A DNA stretch of 63,863 nt, the filler included, from Psammoneis japonica (taxonomy: Eukaryota): the NCBI GenBank assembly GCA_008632985.1. It is 3 parts of 3 records of this genome, joined end to end, with 100 filler letters (N's around TTAATTAATTAA, not from the genome) between each part and the next. Parts side by side here need not be neighbours in the genome. Positions count along the whole stretch, not along the records: positions 1 to 29,847 come from QPGO01000411.1; 2 more parts are not named here. One strand, 5' to 3'. Of the stretch, positions 12,901 through 24,098 are shown one piece after another (the first letter of the stretch is position 1; each line of letters begins with the position of its first letter). The notes beneath the pieces are model-generated. The model saw only the letters and a list, made by a program, of their open reading frames with translations. It did not search any database and had not been told where the DNA came from. A program made the translations under genes and the position numbers.

Positions 12901-15491
12901 GAACCCGTGCACTGCCACCTGGATGATTCTGACTGGCCATCCAAATCCCGTGAATTACGTGGTCGCTTCGGTGGCATCGCCGAACACGTTGGTCACCAAA
13001 TGACGTTCAAGATTCTTTCTGATGACACTCAGAAGATTCTCTGCTGTTCCAACGTGCGCTCCGCCCGTGATCCGTCTGCTCCAAACCTGCGTCTTGATCC
13101 TCCTGATAAGAAATCTGCTGACCCTGTCATTAAATCCTGCCACGACTCCAAGGATTCGCCAGATTCACCAGATGGGGAGGCGATCAGAATGCCCAAAATG
13201 CCGGTCTTTGACCCCGAGGACATCATCGGACGCACCTTCCTCATGAAGCCACAAGAGGATGGTCAACGCCACAGAGCCCGCATCGTCAAAGCCATTGAGG
13301 ACCACGACTGGAAAATTGGAGGCAATCCTGAACTGGTCAATTTCATTTGCTCCGTCAACAATGATGAATACGAGGAAGTCCTAGCCTGCAATGACATCAT
13401 GCACCACATTGAGCAAGAAGACGAGGACACAACCCTCTGGAAGTTCCGACGCATTGTGTTGCACGAAGGACCAATGTGACCCCATGATCCCTCTTGGAAA
13501 GGCTCAAGCTACAACGTCATGCTTGAATGGGAGAATGGGGAGATCACGTCCGAACCCCTTGCCATCATTGCCAAGGACGACCCTGTAACCTGTGCCATCT
13601 ATGTGCGTGAGCACGGCCTTCTAGAAACCGAAGGATGGAGATGTTTTCGCAAGATAGCCCTTTGCCAGAAGAAGCCATTCCGCATGGCCAACCAAGCCAA
13701 GTTATGCTCCTTTTGCACTGCGCCACGATACAAGTACGGGCATGAAGTGCCACGGGACTACAAGCATGCCATGGCCCTTGATGAGCGCAACGGCAACCGC
13801 AAGTGGGGAGATGCAACGGACCTCGAGATGACTCAGCTTGATGAGCACAAGGTCTTCCACGACTGCGGACACCACAAGGACTCCAGTGCTCCATCAGGAC
13901 ACAAGAAGATCCGGGTACACCTCGTCTACGACGTCAAACATGACGGATGGCACAAAGCAAGGCTTGTTGCTGATGGACACCTCACAGACGTGCCCGTCGA
14001 CAGTGTCTGTTCCGGAGTAGTGTCTCTACGTGGCCTGCGAATGATGATCTTCCTGGCCGAACTCAACGAGCTAGAGACATGGGCCACTGACATTGGGAAC
14101 ACCTGCCTTGAAGCTACGACCAAGGAAAAACTGTACATGGTAGCAGGCCCCGAGTTTGGCAACCTGGAAGGACACATCCTTGTCATCCACAAGGCTTTGT
14201 ACAGACTCCGCAGCTCCGGACTCAGATGGCATGAACGCTTTGCCGATTGCTTGCGTGCCGAAGGCTTCTTCCCATGCAAAGCCGAACCTGACATCTGGCT
14301 GCGTAGGAATGGTGACCACTATGAATACGTGGCAGTGTATGTGGACGACCTCGCCTTCGCCATGAAGGACCCCCAGGCTTTTGCAGACACCCTCATGGAG
14401 AAATGCAAGTTCAAGCTCAAAGGCACTGGACCATTGGAGTTCCATCTTGGCTGCGACTTCACCCGTGACCCAGACGGCACCCTGTGCCTTGCTCCCCGCA
14501 AGTACATTGAGCGCATGGTTGACAACTATGCGTGCCTCTTTGGGGAGAAGCCCCGCACTGATGTGCTTTCACCCCTTGACAAGGGTGACCACCCTGAGCT
14601 CGACACCTCCGAATTACTCAAACCGGATGGCATCCACCAATTCCAATCCTTGATTGGATCCCTGCAATGGGCCGCATCTCTAGGTCGCATTGACATTACT
14701 ATGGCTTTCATGTCCCTGTCTGGCTTCCGTGCAGCGCCCCGTCAAGGCCACCTAGACCGTGCCAAACGCATCTGCGGATTCCTCTCCAAGATGCGTCATC
14801 GGGCCCTCCGAGTACGCACCGAGGAGCCCAACTATTCGGACCTCCCTAAGCCCGTGTATGACTGGGCTCAATCTGTGTATGGGGAGGTAGAAGAGCTGCT
14901 CCCGCAAGATGCACCCGAGCCGCTTGGCAAGTTCGTCACCACCACACACTACGTTGATGCGAACTTGTTCCATTGCATGCTCACTGGACGCTCTGTCACC
15001 GGCATCCTCCATTTCCTCAAACATGTTTCCGGCTGATTGGTTCTCTAAGAAACAAGCAACAGGTGAAACCGCCACGTATGGATCCGAGTTTGTTGCCGCA
15101 AGGACGTGCGTTGAGCAGATCATTGATCTGCGCATCACTTTACGTTACCTTGGCGTTCCCATTCGTGAAACATGTTACATGTTTGGGGACAACAAGTCGG
15201 TTTTTTGTGGACAGTGCTACCATCCCGCACTCCAAGTTACACAAGCGACACACCGCCCTCTCGTTCCATCATGTGCATGAGGCGATTGCCTCCAGTTTCC
15301 TCGAGTTTCATTTTATCGAAGGTTCCCACAACCCGGCTGACATCCTCAGCAAGCATTGGGGTTACTCCCAAATCTGGAACCTCCTTCGTCCTCTAATGTT
15401 TTGGAACTTCGATCCCGAGGCTTTCAACCAATCCAACTTCGAATCTATCGCTGTTGACCCCTCAAGCAAACTGGGGAGTGACAGGATTTGA
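9906..15491 (+). pseudogene. CoDi-A gag-pol with stops and frameshifts
   Basis: Gag start MVLTRQQQ; protease LVDRGANSG; integrase VATDTVHSD and LISDRAQVE; RT KARLVADG and YVDDLAF; RNase H YVDANL, GDNKSV, NPADILSK. Confidence 0.95.
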
Positions 15492-15723
15492 ACAAGATTT
15501 TGGTTTATCACACATAATTATGTGTGCTCTTAGTTCCACGCGCATCGCGCGATGTAGTTTGCTTTCGAGCCACACGGCTCACAAGAACAACAACAGTAGT
15601 GCCGACATCACGACACCAGTCTTTCGGCTCCTGTAACGGTCTCTGCACGGAGACTCATCTGCTATTTAGACAGCAGTAAGGAGTTGTTGTTTTCTTCCAC
15701 CCAGTCATCTTCATTTTCTGTCA
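15479..15723 (+). repeat. 3' LTR of CoDi-A
   Basis: Direct repeat of 8438-8683, preceded by a polypurine tract. Confidence 0.97.
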
Positions 15724-16445
15724 CAGAATGTGGAGCACCGCAAATTGTACAACCCAGGCATTTATGGTACGCGTCCTTTCCTGCATGCTAATGTCCCAGT
15801 ATATTTGGAAGAATTGATGTTGGAAATCAGCAGGGTGTCTCGGAAAACGGCTATCCACAGCGACGGTGACTGTGTCTCCTGTTGTGACAGGAATGTTCCT
15901 GCTCTCGTAGTGCTTGAAAGTTGCAGCAATGGTATGCCCCAAGACCGTGACAAAGTCAGCAACATCTGCCCTCCTACAAGCTTGGCACTGGCTAAAAACA
16001 GCCATCGGATTGTCTTTCACCTCATGTTCCCACTCATCGGACTTTCCCATCTATGGCACAGGACAAGGCAGTGGAAACTCTCCACTATGCTGGAACCAGG
16101 TGTGTGTGACAGTTTGTTTAATCTCTTTGACCAAAAAGCTCACATTGCCTTCTTCGAGTCCCCTGATCATTCCGTGTCACTCAAGATCCACAACCGAGGA
16201 TACGTAGACGACACGTCCAAGCAGGTGAACGACTTCACTGCATCTCCTCAGCCTGATGGTTTGGAATTGGCATTTAACATGCAGCAAGACGATCAACTTT
16301 GGTGCGACTTGCTGAACGCAGCAGGACACGAGCTGGAACTTCCAAAGTGCTCCTTTCATGTCATCAAATGGAACTTTACGGAGGATGGCGAACCTTACCT
16401 CCGCACATACAATGATGACATTGTCACTGACATTTCCGTAATGTC
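15724..16445 (+). pseudogene. Continuation of Ambal-like ORF2 (reverse transcriptase), truncated
   Basis: Resumes after the TSD; motifs IYGTGQGSGNSP, GYVDDT, LELPKC. Confidence 0.88.
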
Positions 16446-17007
16446 AGTTACATGTTCGGTGACAACAAGTCGGTTGTAGACAGTGCCACCATCCCGCACT
16501 CCAAGTTACACAAGCGACACACCGCACTGTCATTCCACCGTGTGCGTGAGGCAATTGCCTCTGGTTACCTTGAGTTCCACTTCATCGAAGGCTCCCGCAA
16601 CCCTGCTGACATTCTCAGCAAGCATTGGGGTTGCTCCCAAATCTGGGACCTTCTCCGCCCCCTCATGTTCTGGAACTTCATTCCATCCAAAGTCGAATCT
16701 GTTTCTGTGGCTCCTCAAGCAAACTGGGGAGTGACAGGATTTGAACAGGATTTAGGTGCACGCGAAATGTCGCGCGCTGTTTAGTTTACCGCGCACAGTT
16801 TTGTGTGCTTTAGTTCCGCGCGTTCGCGCGCGATGTAGTTTGCTTTCGAGCCACAAGGCTCACAAGAATGATGACAGTAGCCCGATTGTACCGACTTACA
16901 CGTCTTTCGGCTCCTGCAACGGTCTCTGAGCGGAGACTCATCTGCTGTTTAGACAGCAGTAAGGAGTTGTTGTTTGAATTCTTGCCATTTGCCTTCAATT
17001 TCTGTCA
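16446..17007 (+). mobile_element. 3' fragment of CoDi family B: RNase H tail, PPT and LTR (16732-17007)
   Basis: MFGDNKSVVDSATIPHSKLHKRH...; 276-bp LTR nearly identical to the reverse complement of 18483-18759. Confidence 0.92.
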
Positions 17008-18825
17008 CATGATGTCATTTTGGGTCGAAACTTCTTGGACAAGATTGGTCTCAACCTGAGCTACGATACGAGAAAACTGCGATGGCTAGACCGTGTGATC
17101 CCAATGAAGGAACCTCGTCATTGGTCCAAATCCTACAACTGGTGTGTGGCTTTAGATCGAATGGATGAATTTGATGAAGATCATGAAGACGAGTCGGACT
17201 GTGGATGCGATGATGGGCATGACAGCCATGTGCTCAACGCCAAGCATGAAGCAACGGATCCAGCGGAAGTGGTTCGGAACTTAGATCATCTCATGGAGGA
17301 GCAAAAGAAGAAGCCACTAGCGGCATTGGAAAAACATGTGACCTTGTTTGACGGAACTTTGGGGCACTGTCCTCATGAAAAGGCACACCTCGAAGTGGAT
17401 GAAAATGCCGTTCCACATCACTCAAAACCGTTTCCTGTTGCTCGAGTCAATGAAGAGGCATTCAAAAAGGAATTGAAGCATTTGGTGAATCTCGGCGTAC
17501 TTCGACCATGTGGACCTACGGAATGGGCAGCCGGCACCTTTGTCACTCCGAAAAAGGATGGCCGAGTACGATGGGCATCCGATTTTTGGGAGCTCAATAA
17601 AGTCCTCAAGTGGAAGGTGCATCCTTTGCCAGTTGTTCAAGATGTGCTACAGTGGAGAGCGGGCTACAAGTTCTTCACGAAATTAGATCTCACGATGTTC
17701 TACTGCAGTTTGGAATTGGACAATGAAAGCAAGGAGCTCGCTACGATTGCAACTCCGTACGGAAAGTTTCAGCATTGTCGCATGGCTGTGGGATTGAAAC
17801 CAGCTCCAGATGTTGCTCAGTCCATCATTGAAAAGATCCTGCATGATTTGGATGTTGAAACTTACATTGATGACATTGGCACATTTGACACTGACTTTGA
17901 TTGCCATCTCTCTCGTCTTGACAAGGTGCTGCATCGTCTCGAGGAGAATGGTTTGAAAGTTAACCCGTTGAAATGCGAGTGGTGTGTCCAAGAAACTGAT
18001 TTTCTAGGGCATTGGCTCACTCCAACTGGAATTAAACCGTGGAAAAAGAAGGTCAAGGCGATCCTGCGAATGCAACCTCCACGGGACATTACTCAGCTCC
18101 GGTCGTTTCTCGGTGCAGCAACCTGTTGTCGTAACATGTGGCCTCGCCGTTCTCACCTGCTTGCACCTCTGACTGAATTGACAGGAAAGAGTCAGTTCCA
18201 ATGGACAGAATCATGCCAGAAAGCGTTCAAGGAGATGAAAGCAGTAATCGCGGCGGAAGCGTTGATGGCCTGTCCTAACCATGACCTGCCATTCCATGTC
18301 TACACCGATGCATCAGACTGCCAGATGGGTGTTGCTGTTGTTCAAGATGGTAAACCTGTGGCACATTGGTCTAAGAAGCTCTCGGCGGCTCAACGAAATT
18401 GCTCAAGAATGGAAAAGGAACTCCCAGCCGTCGTCATGTGCTTCAAGGAATTTCGTTGAATGTTGCTCGGTGCCGACATTGCTGACAGAAATTGAAGGCA
18501 AATGGCAAGAATTCAAACAACAACTCCTTACTGCTGTCTAAATAGCAGATGAGTCTCCGCTCAGAGACCGTTGCAGGAGCCGAAAGACGTGTAAGTCGGT
18601 ATAATCGGGCTACTGTTGTTATTCTTGTGAGCCTTGTGGCTCGAAAGCAAACTGCATCGCGCGCGAACGCGCGGAACTAAAAGCACACAAAACTGTGCGC
18701 GGCAAACTAAACAGCGCGCGACATTTCGCGCGCACCTAAATCCTGTTCAAATCCTGTCACTCCCCAGTTTGCTTGAGGAGTCACAGAAACAGATTCGACT
18801 TCGGATTGACTAAAGAACTTTGGAG

Positions 18826-21121
18826 TCAAAGCACCAAAACATGAGGAGACAAGAAAGGATCAAGATCCGAGAGCAATGTTGCATTCTCCAAGTGGGTCAT
18901 CTTGAGATGAGCTGCGTCTCCCCAATTGCAGATGCCGTTGTGCTTTTCAAAGCTCAAGGCACACTTGGGATCTTGTGGGATTCCACATCCGCGCTTGCAA
19001 TGGAAGGAGCAAAGCTTGGTCTGGTTGACAATGTGGAACGGTGGGGCAACATTGCAGGCGGCATGGCGTTTGCACGACTCGGGGAACAGAGCAAGCATCA
19101 GTTCAAAGGCACAAGCGGTGGTCTTGTGTTCCACCAATCCGACTGCATCTCCTGAGAGACTGATCCAATTGGAGAAACGAGTCTCAAGGTGCAAGCCTTC
19201 GGGGATCGGATTGGAGCAAGACATCTTGTGGTGCAAGGCTGCAGATGTCTGATTGGGGCAACCAGTCCCGTGCTGCAAGACTTCTGGGATCCAAAAGGAC
19301 TTGCCAGTGTTGTGACACGAGTCTTCGGGGATCCAATCAGGAGGCCAAGTCTTGAGGTGCGAGACTTGGGGGATCCAATCAGGAGGCCGAGTCTCGTGGC
19401 GCAAGACTTGAGGGATCCAATCCGGAGGCCGAGTCTTGAGGTATGAGACGTGGAGGATCCAATTGGGAGGCCCGGTCTTGAGGCACGAGACGTGGAGAGT
19501 CCAGTTGGGAGGCCTGGTCTCAAGGCACGAGACTTGGGGCATCCGATCAGGAGGCCCAGTCTCGATGTACGACACTTGGGGCATCCAATCAGGAGGCCCA
19601 GTCTCGAGGCACGAGACTTGAGGCATCCAATCAGGAGGCCTAGTCTCGAGGTGCGAGACTTGGGACATCCAATCAGGAGACCTGGTCTCGAGGTACGAGA
19701 CTTGGGGCATCCNAATCAGGAGGCCCAGTCTCGAGGTACGAGACTTGAGGCATCCAATCAGGAGGCCTAATCTCGAGGTACGAGACTTGAGGCATCCAAT
19801 CAGGAGGCCTGGTCTCAAGGTACGAGACTTGAGGCATCCAATCAGGAGGCCTGGTCTTGAGGTACGAGACTTGAGGCATCCAATCAGGAGACCTGGTCTC
19901 GAGGTACGAGACTTGGGGCATCCAATCAGGAGGCCCAGTCTCGAGGTCCGAGACTTGGGGCATCCAATCAGGAGGCCTAGTCTCGAGGTACGAGACTTGA
20001 GGCATCCAATCAGGAGGCCTAGTCTCGAGGTACGAGACTTGAGGCATCCAATCAGGAGACCTGGTCTCGAGGTACGAGACTTGGGGCATCCAATCAGGAG
20101 GCCCAGTCTCGAGGTACGAGACTTGGGGCATCCAATCAGGAGGCCTAGTCTCGAGGTACGAGACTTGAGGCATCCAATCAGGATTCCTGGTCTCGAGGTA
20201 CGAGACTTGAGGCATCCAATCAGGAGGCCCAGTCTCGAGGTACGAGACTTGAGGCATCCAATCAGGAGGCCTGGTCTCATGGTGCGATGCTTGGAGGATC
20301 CGAAGACAACGAAGCTGCTTGGATGTCCTGATCTCCCCATCTGATGAACCGGTTGAACTGTTGTGAACAGATTCAATGACGGGAAAAGGAGGCTCCCCAT
20401 CAGGAGATACGAGAAGCAAGTTGTCACCTCCATCACTTCCCAAACGAAGACTGTGAAGGGTGACAGCGACAGAAGTCGACACGTGGAGGTTGGCAGCACG
20501 TGGTTTGCGGGGTGCAAAGACTGCAGCTTTGGAAGCCATGGGTGGAGTGTCCCAACTGGTCTCGAAGTGCGGGCCTGTGCAAGGGCTGCAATCCTGCACT
20601 GGGCCGAGGTTGCTTGCAGGCGGGTTGGTCAAGACATGCGGGGCGCGACTGACACCACTTCTAGGGGACACCTGAGTGGTGGCACAGTGCAAGGCTGGTG
20701 TCAAAATGGCACTGGGTTCATCTGGTTTGGATGGCAAGGGACTCGGCACAGGTGCGGAGGGTGCTGCGCCAGTGGCTAGAGAGGTCAAGCAGTCCGGACC
20801 AAGGCGGTAGTTGCGAAATTCCTCTGGTGTGAGCAACTGGGGTTCATTGGTCACATCATCACCGTTGCAAACTTTGACAAAGTAGAAGCTGATCAAAGCT
20901 GCTAGGAGGTTTCTGTGGGTCTGTGGCAAAGGCACTACATTGGCGCCGTCTCTGTAAGTGAGGGCGTCAATTTGGGTGGGTAAGAACGTGAACAATTCCT
21001 CGCACGATTCAATCCTGTTGATGGACAGGGCAGAACGAAGAGGGCTGTCATCGTCTTGATTGAGCACAGTGCCTAGAATGTATTTGAAGCTTTCGGTTTG
21101 TTGCTGTTGCGTGAGAACCAT
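18826..21121 (-). CDS. Mosaic Gag-N / linker / 14-aa repeat protein (~764 aa if the single N at 19713 is removed)
   Basis: N-terminus homologous to CoDi-A Gag; ORFs 19673..21121 and 18826..20517 join in the ETRPPDWMPQVSYL frame at an extra N base. Confidence 0.6.
19160..20300. repeat. 42-bp tandem array, about 27 units, each with a hairpin
   Basis: Unit ggcatccaatcaggaggcctagtctcgaggtacgagacttga; stem agtctcg/cgagact; units decay toward 19160. Confidence 0.97.
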
Positions 21122-23488
21122 GACGGAGGACGGTGCAGTAGAAACAAAAGACAGGAACCAATCTAGAGCGCGATCTTGACTCGGAGTTTTGACTTGGAAC
21201 TTGGCTTGAAAAAGACTTGACTTGAGCTAGACTTGACTTGAAATCTTGGACTATCTTAAAATCAGAAGTTGCCGGGCTGTGCTATCCCGTTCGTTGTTAA
21301 ATGCTAAACTTCCTATCCGGTCCGTAGAGTTGTGCCGGCACGTCCGAACCCGCAGCTAGTGGCGCTTTGGGTTGCTTACGAGTGGAGCAGCGGGTTGTAA
21401 ACCCCTGCAGGTAAGCTGACTAGAGGTGGACAAGACCCCCGAACCGTTCTTATTTTATATCGGTTGGATTTCCCGATCAGGCTGGCCAGTTGACGTAGGC
21501 GTTAGGCGCTGTGGACGAACGAACAAACGCGGGAAAACACCCTCGCCCCAACGTAGGCTGTAATCACGGCTACTTGCTCTCACAGTCGTCCTCGTGGACC
21601 TAGTAGAACTGTAGAGCACCAGTAGTCCGGGGTAGATCAGGTATAATGGACTCGGTGTGCTTGTAGAGTGGCAGCAAAACCGTAGTCCGAAGAGTGGGTA
21701 CAAGTTCTTGGCCGTGAAGACATGTACATATATATGTCTTCAGCGACGGAGATCCTTGAATATGTAGGGTTCTTGACCGTGAACCGTTGAATGGGTATAT
21801 CAAGGGATGAGGATCAAGGATAGACTTGGACATGACCGTTGAATGTATGTCTTCAGCGATCAAAGGTAGTATAATCAATCCAGACATCCAGCGGTAAGGA
21901 GACTTGACGGTGACGTTAACTTCCTGCCGATGCCCTGGTATTGAATGCGCGTAGACTTGCCGATGTACGTAGAATATATACGGAGGTCCACGCAGAATTG
22001 AGATAGTGTCGTCGGTAAATCAACAACGACGATGGCGGTTGCTCAATGGGTTGACAATGAGCAAGACTGTTAATCTGACAGAAATTGAAGGCAAATGGCA
22101 AGAATTCAAACAATGGCTCCTTACTGCTGTCTAAATAGCAGATGAGTCTCCGCTCAGAGACCGTCACAGGAGCCGAAAGACGTGTAAGTCGGTATAATCG
22201 GGCTACTGTTATTATTCTTGTGAGCCTTGTGGCTCGAAAGCAAACTACATCGTGCGCGAACGCGCGGAACTAAAAGCACACAAAACTGTGCGCGGTAAAC
22301 TAAACAGCGCGCGACATTTCGCACGCACCTAAATCCTGTTCAAATCCTGTCAATTGCTGTTCATGCTGATCACAAAAATCTCACCTTTCGCACTTTGAAA
22401 ACACAGCGCGTCCTTCATTGGCGACTGTTCCTTGAAGATTTCGCGCCTGCCTTTAAGCATGTCGAAGGCAAGGACAACGTGCTCGCCGATTGTTTTTCTC
22501 GACTCCCACGCACAGATCCGCCTTCGGAGGGGAAGAGCCTTGGGCCAAGTGGCAAACGCAAAGGAAAAATCATTCATTTTGAAAAGTTGGATTCCAAGGA
22601 ACTGAGCAAAGCCGAGGAAGAGGAAGATTTGGAGTTGGGCGCTTGCAGGTTCAAGTGTTGCCGTGCTCCGGTTGATCCTTCTGATGAGTCTCACGCCGCC
22701 TTTTCCTCTCTGCTTGATGAGCCTGAATTGTTTGAGTGCTTTTTGAATTATCCGACGCTGGACGAAATGCCGAATCCCACTGAGACACTAAGGACACAAC
22801 AGTTCCAGTTCGAAGACCTCCAACTGAATCAGCAAAGACAACAAAATCCGCAGCAGTTCGTGGTCAAGATTGTGAATCATCGTCCCTTGATTTGTTGTCG
22901 TTTGCATCTGAATGATCTGCCTGGAGCCTGGAAAATTTGCATTCCTGCTGCGTTGTTGCTAACATCACATGCACTGTGGTTGTCACTAACCCACCTTCAA
23001 ATGTTCAACAGGCCAAGCAGATTGTGGATGATGCCCTTGCTACAGCCTCTTGTGCTTTGTGATGCTCCCACTCAAGGTCTGTGGGTGTTTCAAGTGGAGC
23101 TCTAGTGTTTCAGCGTGATGTGATTTTGGACTCACCAGTTATCGCCGACCTTGCTACGATGCAAGCCAACCGACAAGCATTGTTTGACGAGAATCTACGA
23201 CGACAGAATGTGAAGCGCCATTCCTGCGATTGTCTAGTTGGTCAAGATGCATCAATCAAGTAGGTGGATCCTTCAAAGTTGGAAGAACGAGCCCATGGTC
23301 CGTTTCGAATTGTACAAGTCCATGCCAACGGGACTGTTTCGGTGCTACGAGCACCGCACGTTATTGAGCAAATTAACATTCACCACGTGGTGCCGCATCG
23401 GAGTTGAGGGTTTCTTCCCAACGTCTGGGTTCCCTTCTCCATGCGCATTGGGTTTGAATTGTAGTCGAGTGGCTCCAATGGTGCGCGT

Positions 23489-23884
23489 GACGCATTCCAG
23501 CTCTAGGTGGGACCTCGCACTACTGGACTGTGACATAATTATTTTTTGTCATCCGTCGTATGTTTTGCACGTACATTTCTACGTGTTCTATTGTAAAAAA
23601 TTGTTCCACACTGCCTCTTTTGCGAAGCCAAAGGCTTTCTGTTTTCTACATTTATGACAATAAAAATGCGCTGGGCACATTGTTTAATGTCTAAAGAACA
23701 CACCTGGGCAAACCATAAATGACGTACTTCAAATTTGGAGGAGGAGATACGTTCGTAAAATTGCCTCTATTTCTGTCAGCGATCATTCATATTTTCATTG
23801 CTTAATAATTTTACTATGGAGCTCGCACGTAGAATTCTACGCGCCCAATGTCACAAAAAGTCCCACCTAGGATTGGAACCCGTC
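23489..23884. mobile_element. MITE (396 bp), same family as 9126-9511
   Basis: Related TIRs gacgcattccag..taggtgggac / gtcccacctaggattggaacccgtc; TSD GCGT; empty site seen in the Gypsy-1 copy at ~28660-28680. Confidence 0.9.
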
Positions 23885-24098
23885 GCGTGTTCCTTGCACC
23901 ATGGAGGGGAAGAGTGAATGAGATGGGCACATGCACTTTATGACCAAGTGTGCCCTCTCTGACACATGCACATTAACTGACGTATTAGATGTTCAGGAAG
24001 CCATTAGAAGTGTGTTCTCCGATCAGCGATTGAGTTGATTGGGTCCGTTCTCGGTTCTCCCACAACTTTTATCAAGTCATCTCAAGCTAGATCTTGCA

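Larger units (their letters stand above)
8438..15723 (+). mobile_element. Full-length Ty1/Copia (CoDi-type, family A) LTR retrotransposon, 7.3 kb, degenerate
   Basis: Two ~245-bp LTRs TGACAG...CTGTCA; 5-bp TSD CAGAA (8433-8437, 15724-15728); PPT ggggag before the 3' LTR; domain order gag-PR-IN-RT-RH. Confidence 0.97.
18483..22352 (-). mobile_element. Non-autonomous CoDi family B element (3.87 kb)
   Basis: 277-bp LTRs at 18483-18759 and 22076-22352; TSD ATTGC; PBS 22059-22075; PPT; no catalytic domains. Confidence 0.95.
17008..24098 (+). mobile_element. Ty3/Gypsy family 1, 5'-truncated (RT-RNase H, integrase mostly deleted, 3' LTR 23915-24098); interrupted by a CoDi-B derivative and a MITE
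   Basis: Motifs PKKDGRVR, LDLT, YIDD, YTDASD; reading frame continues across the TSD (GADIA|VHADHKNL); GPF motif; PPT catggaggggaagag; LTR matches 28455-28636. Confidence 0.92.

Noticed and set aside
19160..20300. CRISPR-like array (palindromic repeats with polar decay)
   Set aside because: Units are contiguous with no unique spacers, there are no cas genes, and the array lies inside a eukaryotic LTR element.
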